Shown: one piece after another, positions 58,473-61,495 of the stretch
Numbering within the stretch: position 1 is the stretch's first letter
How the letters are laid out: each line of letters opens with the position of its first letter
DNA from: Planctomycetota bacterium
Lineage (GTDB): Bacteria; Planctomycetota; Planctomycetia; Pirellulales; Pirellulaceae
DNA: 61,495 nucleotides
Reading direction: 5' to 3'
Assembly (NCBI GenBank): GCA_039030255.1
Contig: JBCCEO010000001.1
Span: forward strand, 1 to 61,495
Translations under genes and position numbers: made by a program
Notes under the pieces: model-generated
Seen by the model: only the letters and a program-made list of their open reading frames with translations
What the model was told of the DNA's origin: nothing
Database searches by the model: none

Positions 58473-59507
58473 ATGGCGCGAAGACGCAGTTACAGTCGCT
58501 CAAGTTACGGACGTCGCAGTTATAGTAGACGCAGACGCGGAGGGATTCCGGTTTATCCTTTCGTTGTGCTGGCGCTTATCGGTGTTGGCGGCTATTTAGG
58601 CTGCGATCCCAACAGCGTTTCCCCGGGGAGTGATGAGCCAGCCACTGCCAGCAGCAGCCCCCAATACTCCAGCGTGATTCCCGAGCGGAGCGCCTCAAAG
58701 ATCCTGGTCGGAAGCTTCAACATGCAGCGATTGGGCAAGAGCAAGATGAAAGATCCTTGGGTCATGGAGAGACTTGCCCAAGTGGTTCGCAGCTTTGATG
58801 TGATTGCGATCCAAGAAATCAACAACAAAGAGCAGAAGGCAATTCCAACTTTGCTGACTTATGTCAACAAGGAAGGAGCGAACTATGCTTATACGATCAG
58901 TCCTTTACTGGGCAGATCGGAACGATACTTAGAGCAGTATGCGTTCGTTTATGATACCACGCGTGTTCGGAGTGGGCAGGAATATACGTACACCGTCTCG
59001 GATCAAGAAGACATGATGCATCGCGAGCCATTCGTGGGACGTTTTCAAGCGGTCAGTAAGTCTCAGCCATTTGAGTTTACGTTGGTAAACGTGCATACCG
59101 ATCCTGACGAAGTCAAACAGGAATTGGACGTGCTTGCCTTTGTTTATCAACAAGTTCGCCAATATGAGTCGCCCGAAGATGATGTGATTCTTCTTGGCGA
59201 CCTCAATCAAGCGCCAGGCAAACTCCAACAGCTGGAGCAGATTCCCTCGATGCGATCCCTCGTCGGCAACATGCCGACAATGACCAAAGGAGAGAAAACA
59301 AACGACAACATTCTGGTAAATGCTCAAGCGACGTTGGAATTCACGGGACGTTCTGGCACCTTTGATCTCGAACAAGCTTTTCAACTTTCCGAGAAAGATG
59401 CCCTGCGATTATCGGATCACTTGCCAGTCTGGGCCGAATTCACACTCAACGAGCAAGCCCCAAACACTGGGCAGGTTGCCACGGGCGAGCAAGCGTTGAC
59501 ACGCTGA
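58473..59507 (+). CDS. Membrane-anchored or exported DNase I-like EEP nuclease
   Basis: AAGGAGG SD; SFNMQ, FDVIAIQE, EQYAFVY, REPF, VHT.P, LGDLN, DNI, SDHLPV. Confidence 0.92.
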   Translation: MARRRSYSRSSYGRRSYSRRRRGGIPVYPFVVLALIGVGGYLGCDPNSVSPGSDEPATASSSPQYSSVIPERSASKILVGSFNMQRLGKSKMKDPWVMERLAQVVRSFDVIAIQEINNKEQKAIPTLLTYVNKEGANYAYTISPLLGRSERYLEQYAFVYDTTRVRSGQEYTYTVSDQEDMMHREPFVGRFQAVSKSQPFEFTLVNVHTDPDEVKQELDVLAFVYQQVRQYESPEDDVILLGDLNQAPGKLQQLEQIPSMRSLVGNMPTMTKGEKTNDNILVNAQATLEFTGRSGTFDLEQAFQLSEKDALRLSDHLPVWAEFTLNEQAPNTGQVATGEQALTR

Positions 59508-59525
59508 GAGTTTTCTTGATCGTTA

Positions 59526-60464
59526 TTAGGTTTCACCTTGATGAGAATCCGCGTCAGCCGCGAATTTCTGGCGTCTGCGAATGACCCAGCCAAGCGGGAA
59601 AAGCGCGGCTGCAAATAGGGCACCGGCAGCCAGGAATCGCTTGGTTGTATTGCTCATTGATGCACTGCGAGCGGGCGCAGTCAAGACCGTGTCTCGATTG
59701 GGTAACTGACCACGCAGGGTCTTTTTGTGAATGAGAAGGTCAGGCAGTATAAGGCCCTTCGATTTATCGATGTCCACGTAGTCTTTGGCGGGACCCTTCG
59801 AGCGAATGACGCCTGTTTGCTTGTCTCTTTGACGTGTATATGATCCTGCGGCTGCATCGAGATCTTCGTGTTGGCAGTAGAGGACGTGATCGAACTCCTC
59901 ATGTTTGTGAACTTCGCCATCATGGATATGCACCGTGGGAAAAAACAGTCGTTTTGCGTCGCGAGTTTTGAATTCAAAGGTCATAGGATGAGGTTTTCCT
60001 GCGAGTTTCTCCAGCTGGAAAACGACAAAGCTGTAGTCGCTGTATTCAGGAATCTTGTCCCAGGTTTCAGGCGAAATAATGAACTGAGGATCCAAGCGCG
60101 AAAAATCCTTTACGTTAGGAACGACCGACGCGACAAAGTCACCTACTTCGAAGACCTTCAAGATGGAGTTGCTTTGCGGTAGGATTCCCCCAGAACGCGC
60201 TTTGCTAGCCGCTTCAGGAGGAGGGCCAATTTGTGGAAACGCATTGTTTAGTTGATCAAAAAACATCTCGTTAGATTTTAAATCGATGAACCTCACCGAT
60301 TCCTCTGTCGGGTTGGGAGAGGTTGGAATCGGCAAGATCATCGCGTTTTTCGTTTGCGACTCATATTCCATTTGGTACGCGATAAATTGCGTGGCTTGAT
60401 CAGTAAGACGCGCAAAAATTCGGGTCTTTCCAACGGATGTTACAGGTTGCGCAAAACAGCACAT
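59526..60464 (-). CDS. Conserved-looking hypothetical protein (DUF2330-like) with a C-terminal TM anchor
   Basis: MCCFAQPV start at 60464, NAMILPIP, YSFVVFQL, HPM...F, LFFPTVHIHDG, FDH.LY; C-terminal TM followed by RRRQK. Confidence 0.7.
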   Translation of the reverse strand: MCCFAQPVTSVGKTRIFARLTDQATQFIAYQMEYESQTKNAMILPIPTSPNPTEESVRFIDLKSNEMFFDQLNNAFPQIGPPPEAASKARSGGILPQSNSILKVFEVGDFVASVVPNVKDFSRLDPQFIISPETWDKIPEYSDYSFVVFQLEKLAGKPHPMTFEFKTRDAKRLFFPTVHIHDGEVHKHEEFDHVLYCQHEDLDAAAGSYTRQRDKQTGVIRSKGPAKDYVDIDKSKGLILPDLLIHKKTLRGQLPNRDTVLTAPARSASMSNTTKRFLAAGALFAAALFPLGWVIRRRQKFAADADSHQGET

Positions 60465-60560
60465 GAATTCATTCCTTAATAAGGAAGGGAAATAAGAAAG
60501 CGATTTAGATGGATTTGATTTGATCAAAATCGTCGGCAGAGTTAGCGATGGGCTATCGAA

Positions 60561-60872
60561 TTATTCGGAAACGTTGAAGCCATCCATTGAAAAAACCATG
60601 ACCTTTCCGTCGCCCATGCGACCGCAACGGGCTACGTCCGTGACTCTTTTTAAAACCTCCTCCAAACGCAAGTCGTCGACCCACATTGTGATTTCGACTT
60701 TTGGAAGGAAGGCAAGGCTATATTCGCTGTCACCGTAGTCATCGAGATAGCTTTTTTGCCGACCGTATCCTTTGACCTCTTGAACGATCAAGGCTTCCAG
60801 TGGGGCTAGACGCAGGTTGTCAATGATACGTTCCGCCAAATATGGACGAACGATAGCGATGACTTGTTTCAC
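60561..60872 (-). CDS. P-II family nitrogen regulatory protein (divergent, C-terminally short)
   Basis: KQVIAIVRP, EVKGYGRQK, EY...FLPKVEI, ARCG.MGDGKV; GTG start at 60872 gives 103 aa. Confidence 0.9.
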   Translation of the reverse strand: MKQVIAIVRPYLAERIIDNLRLAPLEALIVQEVKGYGRQKSYLDDYGDSEYSLAFLPKVEITMWVDDLRLEEVLKRVTDVARCGRMGDGKVMVFSMDGFNVSE

Positions 60873-61240
60873 ATTAACATCCAAATTGTGGGTCGTCAGA
60901 TCTAATGGATTGATAACTAGAGAGGCGGGACCGGAATGAGCTTTTTGCAGAGTCATTATTTCGCATGCTGACTCGCGAGATCGCAAACGTGATGAGGAAA
61001 TTCCATTGACTTTCGCAAGATACAGACCTCACCGAACGCTGTGATTTTATTACATTTAGGCTGGCGACAAAGCGCATCTTTCGAAAGCAAAACACCATTA
61101 TGCTGGGATAATTGGTAACTTTACTTGGACCGAACGGATTCAGTTTATGAGCCATTGCCTTGCAACCTATTAAAGCTGCGGCGACTGATCCACTTCAAGA
61201 AACTTGGTGCCTCAACTTAGTATTGGTGTAGTCCCGCATA

Positions 61241-61495
61241 ATGCGTGTTTTGTTTGTAGATGACGATGAACTGAATCAAAAAACGGGGCAAGCCATTCTG
61301 CAAAGGATTACAGAGGACTTTGTGATTGTTGGATCTGCCAAGGAGGCAATTGCGAAAGCTCAAGAATTCGAGCCGGATGTGATTCTGATGGATATCGCCA
61401 TGCCTAATATCGATGGCATTGAGGCCACGCGGCTCATTAGACAACTTAATCTTTCGCGGTCTCCCTACATTCTAGGGATTTCCGGATTCATTGCC
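61241..61495 (+). CDS. Response-regulator receiver domain protein (truncated by the window end)
   Basis: MRVLFVDDDELNQK...PDVILMDIAMPNIDGIEATRLIR; open to the edge; absent from the track because no stop falls in the window. Confidence 0.9.
   Translation, partial: MRVLFVDDDELNQKTGQAILQRITEDFVIVGSAKEAIAKAQEFEPDVILMDIAMPNIDGIEATRLIRQLNLSRSPYILGISGFIA

Noticed and set aside
11989-59507. dprA, pilC and the DNase as a competence island
   Set aside because: Scattered over 47 kb among unrelated genes; no comEA, comEC or comM.
55-61444. Many 60-210 aa ORFs antisense to or nested in identified genes (for example 30652-31263, 35523-36155, 24447-25025, 61217-61444)
   Set aside because: Shadow frames of well-supported genes with no recognisable motifs.

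Overview
A 61.5 kb, mostly core-chromosomal segment, very likely from a planctomycete (Pirellulaceae-like). The assignment is inferred from a LEDRRLLA-type extracellular protein with a dockerin-like tail, an ECF sigma/Ser-Thr kinase pair, PQQ-type and YCF48-type propellers, MMPL transporters and REP-like intergenic repeats. It holds about 47 CDS. Housekeeping genes are aroF-tpiA-secG-yicC-gmk-rpoZ-coaC-coaB-pyrD-trpS, dprA, a DinG-like helicase, carA, nadB, epmA, pilC/gspF and a P-II protein. Main points of interest: (1) a divergent, PTS-independent MurNAc/peptidoglycan salvage locus (murQ, BadF-type sugar kinase, cytoplasmic NamZ; SSS symporter, secreted AmiE-like/NamZ fusion); (2) a glucosylglycerate module (gpgS, gpgP, GH13_18 phosphorylase) at the end of a long minus-strand run with an arylsulfotransferase, a DUF218-like protein, an MMPL exporter, a dehydrogenase lacking its structural-Zn cysteines and a large GHL10-like protein; (3) a TPR/CBM-containing Ser/Thr kinase next to an ECF sigma factor with a Ser-rich region 2.2; (4) an uncharacterised three-gene membrane/coiled-coil operon that includes a 40-aa ORF missing from the track; (5) an MMPL gene broken by an in-frame TAA; (6) several intergenic REP/MITE-like repeat families. 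I recognised no rRNA, tRNA, CRISPR array, transposase or prophage. All calls come from reading motifs by eye, with no database searches.
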